Source of the DNA: Amoebophrya sp. A120
Lineage: Eukaryota > Protista > Dinoflagellata
Direction: 5' to 3'
Length of the DNA stretch: 64,000 nucleotides
NCBI GenBank assembly: GCA_905178155.1
Contig: CAJINV010000006.1
Span: 4,341,938-4,405,937, forward strand
The translations under genes were made by a program, and so were the position numbers. Below the pieces are notes generated by a model that saw only the letters and a list, made by a program, of their open reading frames with translations, was not told where the DNA came from and did no database searches. Below, piece after piece: positions 1 to 10,209 of this stretch. Position 1 is the first letter of the stretch, and each line of letters opens with the position of its first letter.

Positions 1-181
1 ACTTTTTTGCAGGAACAGCATCACAGATTTGTTTTGCATGACAGAGAAAACCTGCCATGCGTAGCTAGTACGCGAAAACACGTATGAAAATAGCCTGTGA
101 TGCACATCCAGCATGACAAGTGTAGCTGTATTGCAACATCTGCAACACAAAGTTACACTTACACAGTTTTTTTCTTGCATA

Positions 182-3100
182 CACCTGCGGGCGGGTTCAG
201 TGCGGACGGGGGAGCTGAGCAGGATCTAGATCTGTTGAAGCAGTCCTCTTTGTCCACCTCTGCATGGTACGCGTTTTATCGGGATATGGACCGGAATAAC
301 AACAACCTCGTCTCCATGATCGAATTCGAAGCGGTATTGTGAGGAAAAATCTTTCCTCCCCATATTGAAAGCGCATCCATCTTCTGGAAACTTGTGATGC
401 AGATTTGTGAACACAAGTCGCGTCTGTCTTGCAAGAGGGCAAGTGCAGGCTGTCCGGCACGTTATGCAGGCGATTTGTAATGCTGCAAGCCCTACAGGGC
501 AGCCGTCTGCCATGCTAGGCGCCTACACCAAAAGGCCCCGCCCTAGGGTTGCGATCTGACTGCGTGCAGTGCTCTACTGCAACACGGATTTGATTTGTGT
601 ACTCAAATACAGCATCACAAATTTCTTTGTCGATATGGGGAGGGGGGATCTTTCCTTCTGATAAGCGGGGTTGCTTTCTTTAAAATACCCCGACGAATCC
701 ACGGACGCGTCGAGTCGGAAGAATATCCTGTGCAAAAGTACCGTACGCGTAGTAATTGCAAGCATGGATGACAGGGTAAATCCGCGCTACAAATTGTTCC
801 ATGTGTCATGCTGAGCCAAGTTGTATATGCAATTTCTAGTATTATTACCTAGGTAGTGCGATGCTTTTGCAATGCATAAAGAGAAGGAAGAAGCTACTCC
901 AGTTGTTAGATAAGGACGGCTCCGGCGAGCTGACATTTGAGGAATTCGGGCAGGTCCTCGGGTTCAGCGAAAAGGAAATCTACAAGGCAAAGGATGACTA
1001 CCAGAAGAAAAACCTCGGGAAAGACGTATGCAATGTAAAAGCATCGTACTAGTATGAATTGCATTACAAATTAGCCCAGCATTACAAATTGAATTTGTAA
1101 TGCTGATTCACCTTGAGAAAGAAATTTGTAATGCATGCATGCAATTACTACGAATACGATGTTGCTTTTGCTCAGGATAAGACGGGGTGAATCGCAATAT
1201 CCGGTGGAGCGCGACGGAAGAATTTGATTTCCACGCGAGAATCAAAGAGTACGGCAGGAGGTCCCGGAGCACCACGCCGTCGCAGCGGCACTTATCCTGA
1301 GTAAAAGCCCCACACCCCATAGTCAAGTTGGGAAACCTGCAATACAAATCAACAAGCTTTGGCTGTTGCCCATCACAGGTTTTGGCTTGCAATGTGATCG
1401 CGTTTAGCTAGCGCAGCTGCGTCACAAATCTAGCATCTTATGCTGATACGAGCATCACAAATTTCAAAACAGCACTAGAGATGAATGCGTCCTCTCATGG
1501 GGCTCCTCCGCATGAGAAACATTTTAAGCATGCAGATTTGCATGACAAGAACTAAGTAAGTATGGGGTGTGACGTTTTTCCTCAGGATAGCACTCGAAGA
1601 AGATCTACACGGACGAATCCGTGCGGAAAAATATTACAGTGAAAAATGCCCCCACACGTCCGAAAGTTGCAATAATTTGTGATGCGAAGTTTCCAAATGA
1701 AAACTTTTTGTCATGCGTGAAAGAACTATGAGTCTTACCTTTCTGATGCAGAGTCTAGTCGTATACAGCATCGCTTGCACCATCACAAGAGCTGCTCTTG
1801 CTGGGATCTTTTGCAATGCAAATCTTTGCTATTCACGATTGAAGATCTGTGATGCTGATACATGCAAGAGAGCGAGTGTTTCCTTTGGAAAGGTTTGCAA
1901 TACAAATGCTTGAAGTTCATCTGGGGTGGGGGCATCTTTCATTGTCATAAAAAAGCACATGCGCATGATCTCTGCCAGCGACATGTCGCCGGTGCCGCTG
2001 TATTGTGAGGAAAAATCCCCCCTCCCCACAGTGCTCAAAACGGAAATCTGTATTGCTGATTTGTGACCACAGATCGTCTCTCTCTTGCAAGAAGGCAACT
2101 ACGTCAGAGGTGTCCGTCGCACTGCGCGGCGGATTTCTGATGCTGTTGGACCTTCATGGCAGCCGTCTAGCATGCGAAACAGAGACTATACGCAAACAGC
2201 CCCAGCACAACTCAGGCTTGCAACCTGCCTGCGATTCCATCCTGCAAGACAAAGCGAATTCGTGGACACCAATCCAGCAACAGAAATTTCCGTTTCAAGA
2301 TGGGGACGAGGGATTTTTCATTTTCATAGGCTCCTGCCGGGTGGTCGGGTGTCGAAATCAGCTTCTTCAAGTAGGTCGAGAACGAATTTGAGCTCCGCGG
2401 GAACGGGAACAAACAAGTCCATGACGAACCAGTCCTTGACAGACGAATCAACGCAGCAGGGCGGTGGAACGACGTTGCAAGACCACGCTTTTCCCGAAAT
2501 GGAGCAGCAAGACGGGCGGGGAACGAACTATATATGCAATGCAAAAGCATCGTGCTCGTATAAATGCATTACAAATTTCCTCTGCGTGGTGAGAAATAAA
2601 ATCTGTAATGCGGATTTACCTTGCCAAAGAAATTTGTAACGCATGATTGCAATTACTACGACTACGAGTACGAGTACGATAGTTTTGCACAGCATACTAC
2701 AATCGGTTTAGCAACGACAACATGCAACAGGGGCAGCAAAGTGCTGGACAGCATAGTCTATCAAATGTAAAAATGTCTGGGTCTGGAAGAATGCATGTTT
2801 GTCATGCTTGTCTGGCATGACTCTTGAATCTGTCATGCAAGTTACCCAAGAGCCCCATTTTTCTGTGATGCAGAAGCGCACTTTGTCATGCAGAATAGGC
2901 AACACCTGGAAGCTCAGAAACTTGTGATGCTGAGCCAGCATTTCTGGCCTCATCATGAGACGCCACCCAGCATCACAAGTTTCCAGACCCAGACATTTTT
3001 ACATTTGATATAGTCAACATATGAAGAAATCCAGCTCTGCAGGGACCACAAATTCAGCTCCTATCAAACGCAAAAATGTCTGGGTCTGGAAGGATGCGAA

Positions 3101-6100
3101 CTTGTGATGCATACTTGGATCACACAAAAATCTGTCATGCTTAGACAGCAAAGGGAGCTTGCTCCTTTTCCTGTCGCCGAAAGAAGATGCTTGTCATGCG
3201 GATTAAGCATTGCGAAACTGTCTCAAAACCTGCGATGCTAGGCCTTGCATGGCACACCTTCTGTGTCAAGCAGACACAGCATCACAAACCTCAGCAACCT
3301 TCCAGACCCGGATATTTTTGCAATGTATAGCTCCTTCGACGAGACAACAACAGCTGAGTTCCGCTGGCGGCGGAGCGAACAGTGCAACTACCGGGAATAA
3401 TGCGATGGAGCTCATTCCCTTGCAGGAAGACCAGCAGATGACAATGATCTCCGAGACAACGACAATTATCAACCGGTCCGCAACTATGGAACTGTCAGGA
3501 TCGAAATCAACAAAATCGAAATAATTTGTGATGCATAAAATAGATACCAGTTGGAGCCTCAGTTTCCAAGTGGCGCATGACAAATTTCAGGAGCTGCACC
3601 AAAATCCAGTCTGTCATGCTGTTTGGGCAAAGAAGGCTGCTCCTGTCGTGCTACTCTGGCAGCACATCGCCTTCCCCTAAACAGGCTTGCATCGGTCTCA
3701 TTTGCCTGCTCCCCAACACAGGCCTTACTTGCCCAACATTTTATGCATTACAAAACTTTTCGAATTTATCGCTTTCGATCCTGACACATCCATAGCAACC
3801 GCACCGACCAAAACTACTGCCGAAGAGCCGCCAAAGGAATTCGACTACGCCGCTTTTGTATCGCAAGAAAAAACTGTTCCACTGTGAACTTGTGATGCAT
3901 AAAATGGAAGATTGAACTATTTGTCTTGCTACTTCTGCAAGGCATCGGATTTTTAAGCGTGTTTTCCCTATGGGAAATGCGCGCACGGCATGTGTAACAA
4001 ACTTGTGATGCAGATCTTGCAAAATGAAAATTATCACAGTGAAGCAGTTTTTTCGTGGGATAGTTTAAGAAGAAGCAGCAAGCACCAAGCACTGCGCCAA
4101 CAACGCTAACCGACACGAAAAACCAGAACAATCCAGGGTTCAGTCGGAAGTCCCACATTGTTGACCACCCATATCGTACGAAAAAAGTGTTTCACTGAAA
4201 GGATTTTGCAAGTTTTGCATCACAAGTTTGTTCTGCATGACAGAGAAAATTTGCCCTGCGAGATTTCCAAGGGAAAGCACCGCTAAAGATCCATTGTCTT
4301 GCATGTGTGGCAAGACAAACACTTCTGAGATACATTTTCTGCATTACAAGTTCACAGTGAAACAGTTTTTTCTTGCGATAACCCGAAACGGTGGACCAAT
4401 CGGTACGGGCACGTGGATCCGAAAACGCCGAAGCAGTTTCGCGACTCGTTTGACGGATTCGGGTTGTTTTCTACGGAGCATTTGATCATGCAACAGGAGT
4501 GGAAGATCCCGCCCGGTACGGGGGAGGACGACTTTTCCCAATCGAAATGGCGATCGTCCGGTGCACCGCCCAATTGGGTCGACCCGAAGAAGGCGCTGCA
4601 GAAGAAGAAGGACAACATGATCATCGAAATGAAACTGTTCCGGGATTTATCAACTTCAAATATGTCTGGGTCTGGAAACTTGTAATGCTGAGCTGTGAGA
4701 AGCAAGTAGTGAATTCTCTGTAATGCACAGCCAAGCATGAGAAATCTTTGCGCTGCTTAGTGTTACGCTTTCCGCATGACAAAGTGCGTTTTGCATGACA
4801 AGCAAGAAGGTCTCTTCTTGGACACGCATCACAAACTCTTCCGTCATGCCAAGCAAGCATGACAAACCTTGCATCCATCCCGACCCAGACATATTTGCAA
4901 TGCATAGGATTTTCTGGAGTCCAAATACGGGGCGTACGGCTATGAAGGGATGGAGCGGATTATCCTGAGGCAAAACGATCCCACCCCATAGTCAAGATGG
5001 GAAATCTGCTACACAAATCCCTAAGCTTTGGCTGTCGCGCATGACAAATTTGGGCTTGCAATGTACTTTCGTGTTTAGCTTGTGCAGCAGCGTACCAGAT
5101 CCAGTTTGTCATGCTGATTCGAGCATGACAAATCTCACAGCACCACCGGGAAACGCCTCTCATCCTCATGGGTCTCCGCAAGAGAAACACTTCAAGCATG
5201 CAGATTTGCATTACAACTCTGGGGTGGGGACGTTTTCGCACAGGATACGGATCTTCAAAATGATGGACACGAACAGCTCTGTATCAAATGCAAATATGTC
5301 TGGGTCTGGAAGGATGCAACTTGTGATGCTGCCTTTGGACTCTACATAAAATCTGTATTGCGTGAACAGCACAAGAGGTGTAATTTGTGCTACGCGTATG
5401 GCGGACGCAGAAACTTTTCTTCAAGAAACTTTTTTTTTTTACCCATGACCTCGGCCTGTGCATGATAGGCCTTGCAACTTTATATAACGGGTTTACGAAG
5501 GGAGTAGCAAGCCCTGCCACGGCTCATGCCAAGCCAATCGCGTAAGCACTTGCGAAGACGCTTCAGCAGCAACAGGTGCTGCGGGCTTTTGGTGTTCCGC
5601 TAGTCTTGGTCCCGTGTCCCTTTCATTCCCGCACGCCAGCGCCCGTCTTAATCGGGCTTGATGCTACCGGGGCACGCGCCTTCTTGCGCAGCACACGCTG
5701 TGCGGAGGCCACCTTCTGTGTTTCACCGAAGGAGCTGACAAGTGCGCCGCCTGAGGTCGCCATCCCCCTTCGAACGTATTCTGGCGACCCTTAGGGAGGG
5801 TAAAATACGGCCCAAATAGCGTTCTCAAGTGCGGGAAGGCTTCTGCGCCGTTTCCGGAAGCAACGTCGCGGAGAAGGGCGCTGCCGGCCCTTGGCCAATC
5901 TGCCAGAACCCAGCGCGACGCCGGCGACCGTGCGCATAGACAAACCAACCCGCACGAACGGCGCCTCTTGCGCAGAGTTGCCTCGTAGCTCGAAGATGTC
6001 CGACCTCGTCTTGAGGAGACACGCCGAAAACACCAGAGGGGGGCCCCTCGGAGGGGGGTTGGGGGGGTGGGTTGCGCGACCCCCCCTGCGTCCATCATAC

Positions 6101-9100
6101 CATGCGGGCTAGCAAAAAAAGGGGGTCCCGAAGGGGGGGGGGTTTACTCCCCCCCTCCGGGGCCCCTCGAGCCGGCATTTTTGCGCTGCCCAAAAGGATT
6201 TCCCGTTGTCTGCGTTGCCGCCAGGCCGGGCGAAAGACCTGGGGGCTTAGGGCAGTGTGGGGAAGCCCGGCGGAAGAAAGCCCACTGCGCGCGGGGCTCT
6301 GCGAGGTTTTTCTCGTTCTAAGCTAGAGCGCCTCCACGCCGCTAAACCTCGGCGGGGCCCCGCAGAACAGCAGCAGAGAAGATTCAAAGCAACGCCCGTC
6401 CTTTCCTCTGTTTCGGGGGTAGTGAGGTGATGCGCCCAAGCCATGACAGCCCGTCGGCACCTCTCACACTGCTAACGCGTAGCTTTGGTGGCACGAGGAG
6501 CCGGCGATAGTGCCTGCTCTCACAGTAGCCATCACCCCCTGCGGCAGGACCCTCGCCGCACGCACAGACCCTGAGAGGCCGCTTTCCAATTGGTCGCCGA
6601 ATGCCTGAGCGGCTCAGACTGTTCGTCCTGGGTTCTCTTTCTAAGCCGGAGTCAAGGAATGGCTGCGCTAGCGGTTAAGCCGTCCTATCAAGAGGGGGCC
6701 GGCGGCAGGCGAGCAAAAATCGACGGTAGGGCCCGCGCTTGGTATTAGGATGCACAGCTATGGGCAAAAAAAAAAGTTTTTTGAAAAAAAGTTTCTGCGT
6801 CCGCCATAACGTGGAGAGGAGATTTCTCAAGCGTTATGAGCATCAGAAAGCCCTCGCAAAATCTCTGATGCTGGGGCATGCATCACAGACCTCATGGGTC
6901 ATGCAAAATCTGCATGACAAACAACTGCACTCGCCCAGACCCAGACATTTTTGCAATCCATAGTCCGACCGGTTGGGCGTTTCCGCGTTTACCGCGGCCT
7001 TGCAATCGACTCTGAAGTACCCCGACGATGGCTCGATTTCCTTCAACGCACAGAGAAGACGGGTGAATCTGTTTCTCATCATGGATTTGGACGGAATGGG
7101 GAGCTTGGATCGGTACAGAGTTGTACTACAGTTTTGTTTCAGTATCTTGTTGTGATCATGTAGTTGTCATTCTGCAACGCAAATCGCTTTTCGTTTGCGT
7201 TTCCCGCATGACAAATTCATCTAGCCTCGATGATTAAAAAAAAGGTACGAATTCTGCCGTGGTTTGACCCAGCAGCTGGACGCCGGAGTGAATCTGGACG
7301 AGAAATTATTGCAATGAAAAATGCCCCCACCCCGGAACTTGGGAGCATTTGTATTGCAAACCTTTCCAAAGGAAACACTCGCCCTCTTGCATGTATCAGC
7401 GTCGCAGATTTTCAATCGTGAATAGCAAAAATTTGTATTGCAAAAGATCCCAGCAAGAGCGGCGCTTGTCATGCAAGCGGCGCTTTATACGACAAGACTC
7501 TGCATCATGAGAAAGATTCATAGTGCTTTCATGCATGGCAAAAAGTTTTCATTTGGAAACTTCGCGTCACAAACTACTGCAAAATTCGGGGTGGGGGCAT
7601 TTTTCACTGTGATAGAAATTCACCCGCCGCCTCCAGCGGTGGGGTAACGAGAAATCGAAGTGGGTTTTGCTGGCGAAGGGGGCGAAAAATTTGAAAAAAC
7701 CACCGCGGAAAACGTGGCACGATTCTTTGTCCATCGTGAAGCCCGAGAACCTATTGAGAGGAAAAATCCCCCTTCCCCATATTGAAGAGGCATCTTTTCG
7801 AAAATTGATGTTGCTGATTTGAGGTCACAAATCACATTTGTTTTGCAAGAAGACCAGGGCAGAAGCTTCCGCCCCATTACGGAAGCGATTTGTCATGCTG
7901 TTGGGCCTAAAGGGGAGCCGTTTGCCATGCTGAGCAACTAGACGCATACGCCCCTACCTAGCCTGGCGATCTGGCCGCAGTGCTTCCCTGCAATACAAAT
8001 CTGATTTGTGTACGCAAATCCAGCATCACAGATCTCTTTTTCGATATGGGGAGGGGGGATTTTTCCTTTTGATAGAACCCGGTGTCCTATCTAGCAAACG
8101 TCGGACTGTCCGGGGGAAACTCCACGTCGGTGCAGGCGAACAGCGAGGAATTAGCCCGGGCGCAACGGTATCAAATGCAAATATGTCTTGGTCTGGAACA
8201 AACTTGTGATGCAAGGACGGGAATAGTGAGCACACTGTAATACGCTACACAGCATGACAAGTTTTTCCGTGGTTCAGAGTTGCGCACCGCGCATGAGAAA
8301 CTGCGTTTTTGCATGACAGACGCGAGGACCTCCTCGCGGGCACGCAATACAGAGTTCAGAGTCATGCCAGACTAACATGACAAATCTCGCAATCTCCCAG
8401 ACCCAGACATATTTGCAGTTCATAAAAGGGCGAACGCGTTTATCAACGTGAGGAAGAAGCTAGAGCCGATCTATTCCCGGCCGGGCACGATGGGAAACAG
8501 CTATGCATTGCAAATATGTCTGGGTCTGGATGGTTGCAACTTGTGATGCTGCCTTTGGATTCTACACAGAATCTGTCTTGCATGATCAGCAAAAGAGGCC
8601 CATTTTTTGCTACCCGGAGAGGGCTCTCATGCAGTATAGGCATCAGAAAGCCCTCAAAAAATTTGTGATGTTAGGGCATGCATCACAGACACCATGGGGC
8701 ACGCAAAATGTGCATGACAAGCGCTGCACTCTTCCAGACCCAGACACATTTGCATTTGATAACAGCGGGTGCGCGACCAGTTTCGGGCCCCCAAGACCGA
8801 CTACCAGTCCGGATCTGTCGCAGCTGTTTAACATCCTATATCAAAAGGAAAAATCCCCCCTCCCCATATCGAAAAGGCATCCGTTCGAAAATCTGTGATG
8901 CTGATTTGTGGCCACAAATCAGGTCTGTCTTGCACGAGAGCAACGCCAGAGCTTTCGCCGCTTTACGCAGGCGATTTGTAATGCTGCTGCACCAACAGGG
9001 CAGACGTCTGCCATGCTGAGCGCCCACCTCTAGCCAGCCCCTTCCAGGCTTTTTATCTGCCTGCACTCCTATACTGCAAGACAAAGCTGAAGCTGATTTG

Positions 9101-10209
9101 TGTACACAAATCCCGCAACACAGATTGCCACTTTGATATGGGGAGGGGGGTTTTTTTCTTTCGATATCCTGCCCAAATCGAGCAAGGATTCCTCCGGGGA
9201 CAGTAACCGCGGCGTTTTGTCCGCACTAATGAACGCTTCGAAACCAAAAATGAGTGAGAAATCTTTCCTAGCGGATGAGCACAGCCTCTATGCATTGCAA
9301 ATATACCTGGGAGGTCGGGAGGAATGCAAGTTTGTCATGCTCGGCTGGTATGACTCTTAACTCTGTGATGCATGAGCAGGAAAAAAGCCTGCCCCTCGCC
9401 TGTCAACATGCAAAAACGCAGTTCTTTGTCATGCGCAAAGCGAAACACATAGCAGCTCGACAACTTGTCATGCTTGGCCGCGTATTGCAGTGCTTACCCA
9501 TCAATCACAACTTTGCATCACAACTTTCCAGACATCCTGGGCTATTTGCAGTGCATAGCCTCATGCCGGCAACTACGGGGGATGCGGAGGATGATGATGA
9601 AGTGTCGGACATGCTTATCAAATGCAAAAATGTCTGGGTCTGGAAGATTTGTAGACTTGTCATGCATATTTTCCAGAAGCCACGATGTCTGTGATGCATG
9701 CCGTAGCATCACAGATGTGTATCGGGCTTTGTGATACCTCTACCGCATGAGAAATACCCTCTCCACGTAGGACAAACCCGACCCCTCTTGCTGGTCATGC
9801 AATACAATTTTTTTTAGAATCCACAGACAGCATCACAAGTTGTGAGCTTCCAGACCCAGACATTTTTGCATTTGATAATGCTGAAAAACCTGCAAAAGCG
9901 GTTTTTGCAACAGGAGCACGTGCGGGAAGAGCGGAAATCACGGGCCTTGTCCGAAACGGTTGACTTTGCGGAAATGATGTGCAGGATATGCAATGCAAAA
10001 GCATCGTACTAGTATAAATTGCATTACAAATTAGCCAGCATTACAAATTGAATTTGTAATGCTGATTTGCCTTGAGAAAGAGATTAGTAAATGCATGGCT
10101 GCGATTACTACGAGTGCGATACTTTTGCAGTGCATACAGGAGTGCGAACAGCAACGCGATCGCGCAGATGAGCAGCGTCGCGAACTTTGGAGTACAGATT
10201 TCGTCGTGA
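182..10209 (+). CDS. Multi-EF-hand calcium-binding protein, 5'-partial, split by 23 complete introners and one GT-AG intron (802 aa visible)
   Basis: Removing each TA..TA element plus one 5-bp DR gives a continuous ORF (184-10209 minus 7617 nt = 2409 nt) ending at TGA 10207-10209. EF-hand-like loops: DRNNNNLVSMIE, DKDGSGELTFEE, DTNSSDRLGVSA, DLDGMGSLDRYE. The two EF-hand pairs share an LKYPD linker. Confidence 0.85.
335..663. mobile_element. Introner family B (representative; ~315-330 bp; TIR TAT.....GGAAAAATCCCCCCTCCCCATA)
   Basis: DR AGCGG/AGCGG; removal joins MIEFEA to GLLSLKYPDE. Other copies: 2001-2328, 7752-8074, 8839-9166, 35664-35978, 50413-50733, 57193-57513, 61718-62039. Confidence 0.92.
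1027..1179. mobile_element. Introner family C (representative; ~145-165 bp; TIR TAT....TGCAAAAG(T/C)ATCGTACT)
   Basis: DR AGACG/AGACG. Other copies: 724-878 (opposite orientation), 2533-2696, 9987-10136, 16794-16938, 17998-18148, 18188-18346, 20857-21019, 22160-22308, 25931-26078, 46819-46968, 53599-53748. Confidence 0.92.
1293..1589. mobile_element. Introner family D (representative; ~275-300 bp; TIR TATCCTGAGTAAAAACGTCCCCACCCCA)
   Basis: DR GCACT/GCACT. Other copies: 4961-5247, 19600-19878, 21212-21493, 25601-25874, 26131-26420, 31704-31985, 39228-39506, 43663-43942, 50785-51063, 57565-57843, 63867->64000. Confidence 0.92.
1632..1949. mobile_element. Introner family E (representative; ~305-320 bp; TIR TATTACAGTGAAAAATGCCCCCACCCC)
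   Basis: DR AAAAA/AAAAA. Other copies: 7307-7614 (opposite orientation), 17664-17976, 31357-31662, 47541-47858, 54321-54638. Confidence 0.92.
2759..3010. mobile_element. Introner family A (representative copy; ~245-295 bp; TIR TATCAAATGCAAA(A/T)ATGTCTGGGTCTGGAA); most abundant family, with several internal subtypes
   Basis: DR TAGTC/TAGTC. Other copies: 3062-3329, 4648-4906, 5282-6962 (hosts the nested element), 8169-8424, 8502-8761, 9289-9557, 9616-9877, 13421-13682, 15991-16251, 16309-16582, 18871-19132, 19951-20214, 22359-22642, 23317-23574, 23747-24008, 24394-24660, 24901-25154, 25265-25533, 27171-27456, 27770-28014, 28514-28790, 29432-29687, 29799-30067, 30397-30674, 41815-42078, 42133-42394, 42642-42888, 45230-45481, 46491-46746, 47040-47333, 48029-48292, 48394-48655, 51159-51432, 51708-51969, 52482-52740, 52856-53110, 53272-53526, 60052-60306, 60390-60651, 60919-61196, 61398-61659, 62615-62883, plus copies at +6780 in the duplication. 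Confidence 0.93.
3485..3794. mobile_element. Introner family F (representative; ~305-316 bp; TIR TATGG..(G)TGTCAGGATCGAAATC)
   Basis: DR GCAAC/GCAAC. Other copies: 15303-15618, 26761-27074, 48985-49292, 52083-52389, 55765-56072, 58863-59169, 62265-62576. Confidence 0.92.
3859..4062. mobile_element. Introner family G (representative; ~200-220 bp; TIR TATCGCAAGAAAAAA(C/G)TG; several subtypes)
   Basis: DR TTTTG/GTTTA. Other copies: <1-181, 4172-4380, 16989-17199, 31029-31243, 36732-36941, 43040-43258, 43328-43532, 44963-45175, 48745-48947, 55525-55727. Confidence 0.9.
5397..6808. mobile_element. 1412-bp non-autonomous TIR element nested inside a family A introner
   Basis: ~50-bp TIR TATGGCGGACGCAGAAACTTTT...CCCAT / ATGGGC...AAAAGTTTCTGCGTCCGCCATA; DR ACGCG/ACGTG. 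The host introner sequence resumes exactly after it. GC-rich interior with no credible ORF. Confidence 0.9.
7113..7244 (+). other. Canonical GT-AG intron (132 nt) flanked by a GGTAC direct repeat
   Basis: CG|GTACAG...AAAAG|GTACGAA; removal completes the EF-hand loop DLDGMGSLDRYEF. Confidence 0.85.

Noticed and set aside
335-663. TA target-site duplication (Tc1/mariner MITE or Paramecium-type IES)
   Set aside because: Leaving one TA and both flanks does not restore the frame. The frame is restored only by removing both TAs plus one external 5-bp repeat.
2708-2956. Many short ORFs with recurring peptides (FQTQTFLHLI, PDPDIFAFD, KCKNVWVWK, SNAKMSGSG)
   Set aside because: These are translations of family A TIRs in different frames and strands, not a protein family.
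5664-6098. 144-aa minus-strand ORF in the nested element as a candidate transposase
   Set aside because: It is short, R/A/G-rich as expected of GC-rich non-coding DNA, and has no DDE or other recognisable motif.
5397-6808. rRNA, tRNA or spliced-leader RNA in the GC-rich insert
   Set aside because: I found no conserved rRNA or tRNA signature and no dinoflagellate spliced-leader sequence.
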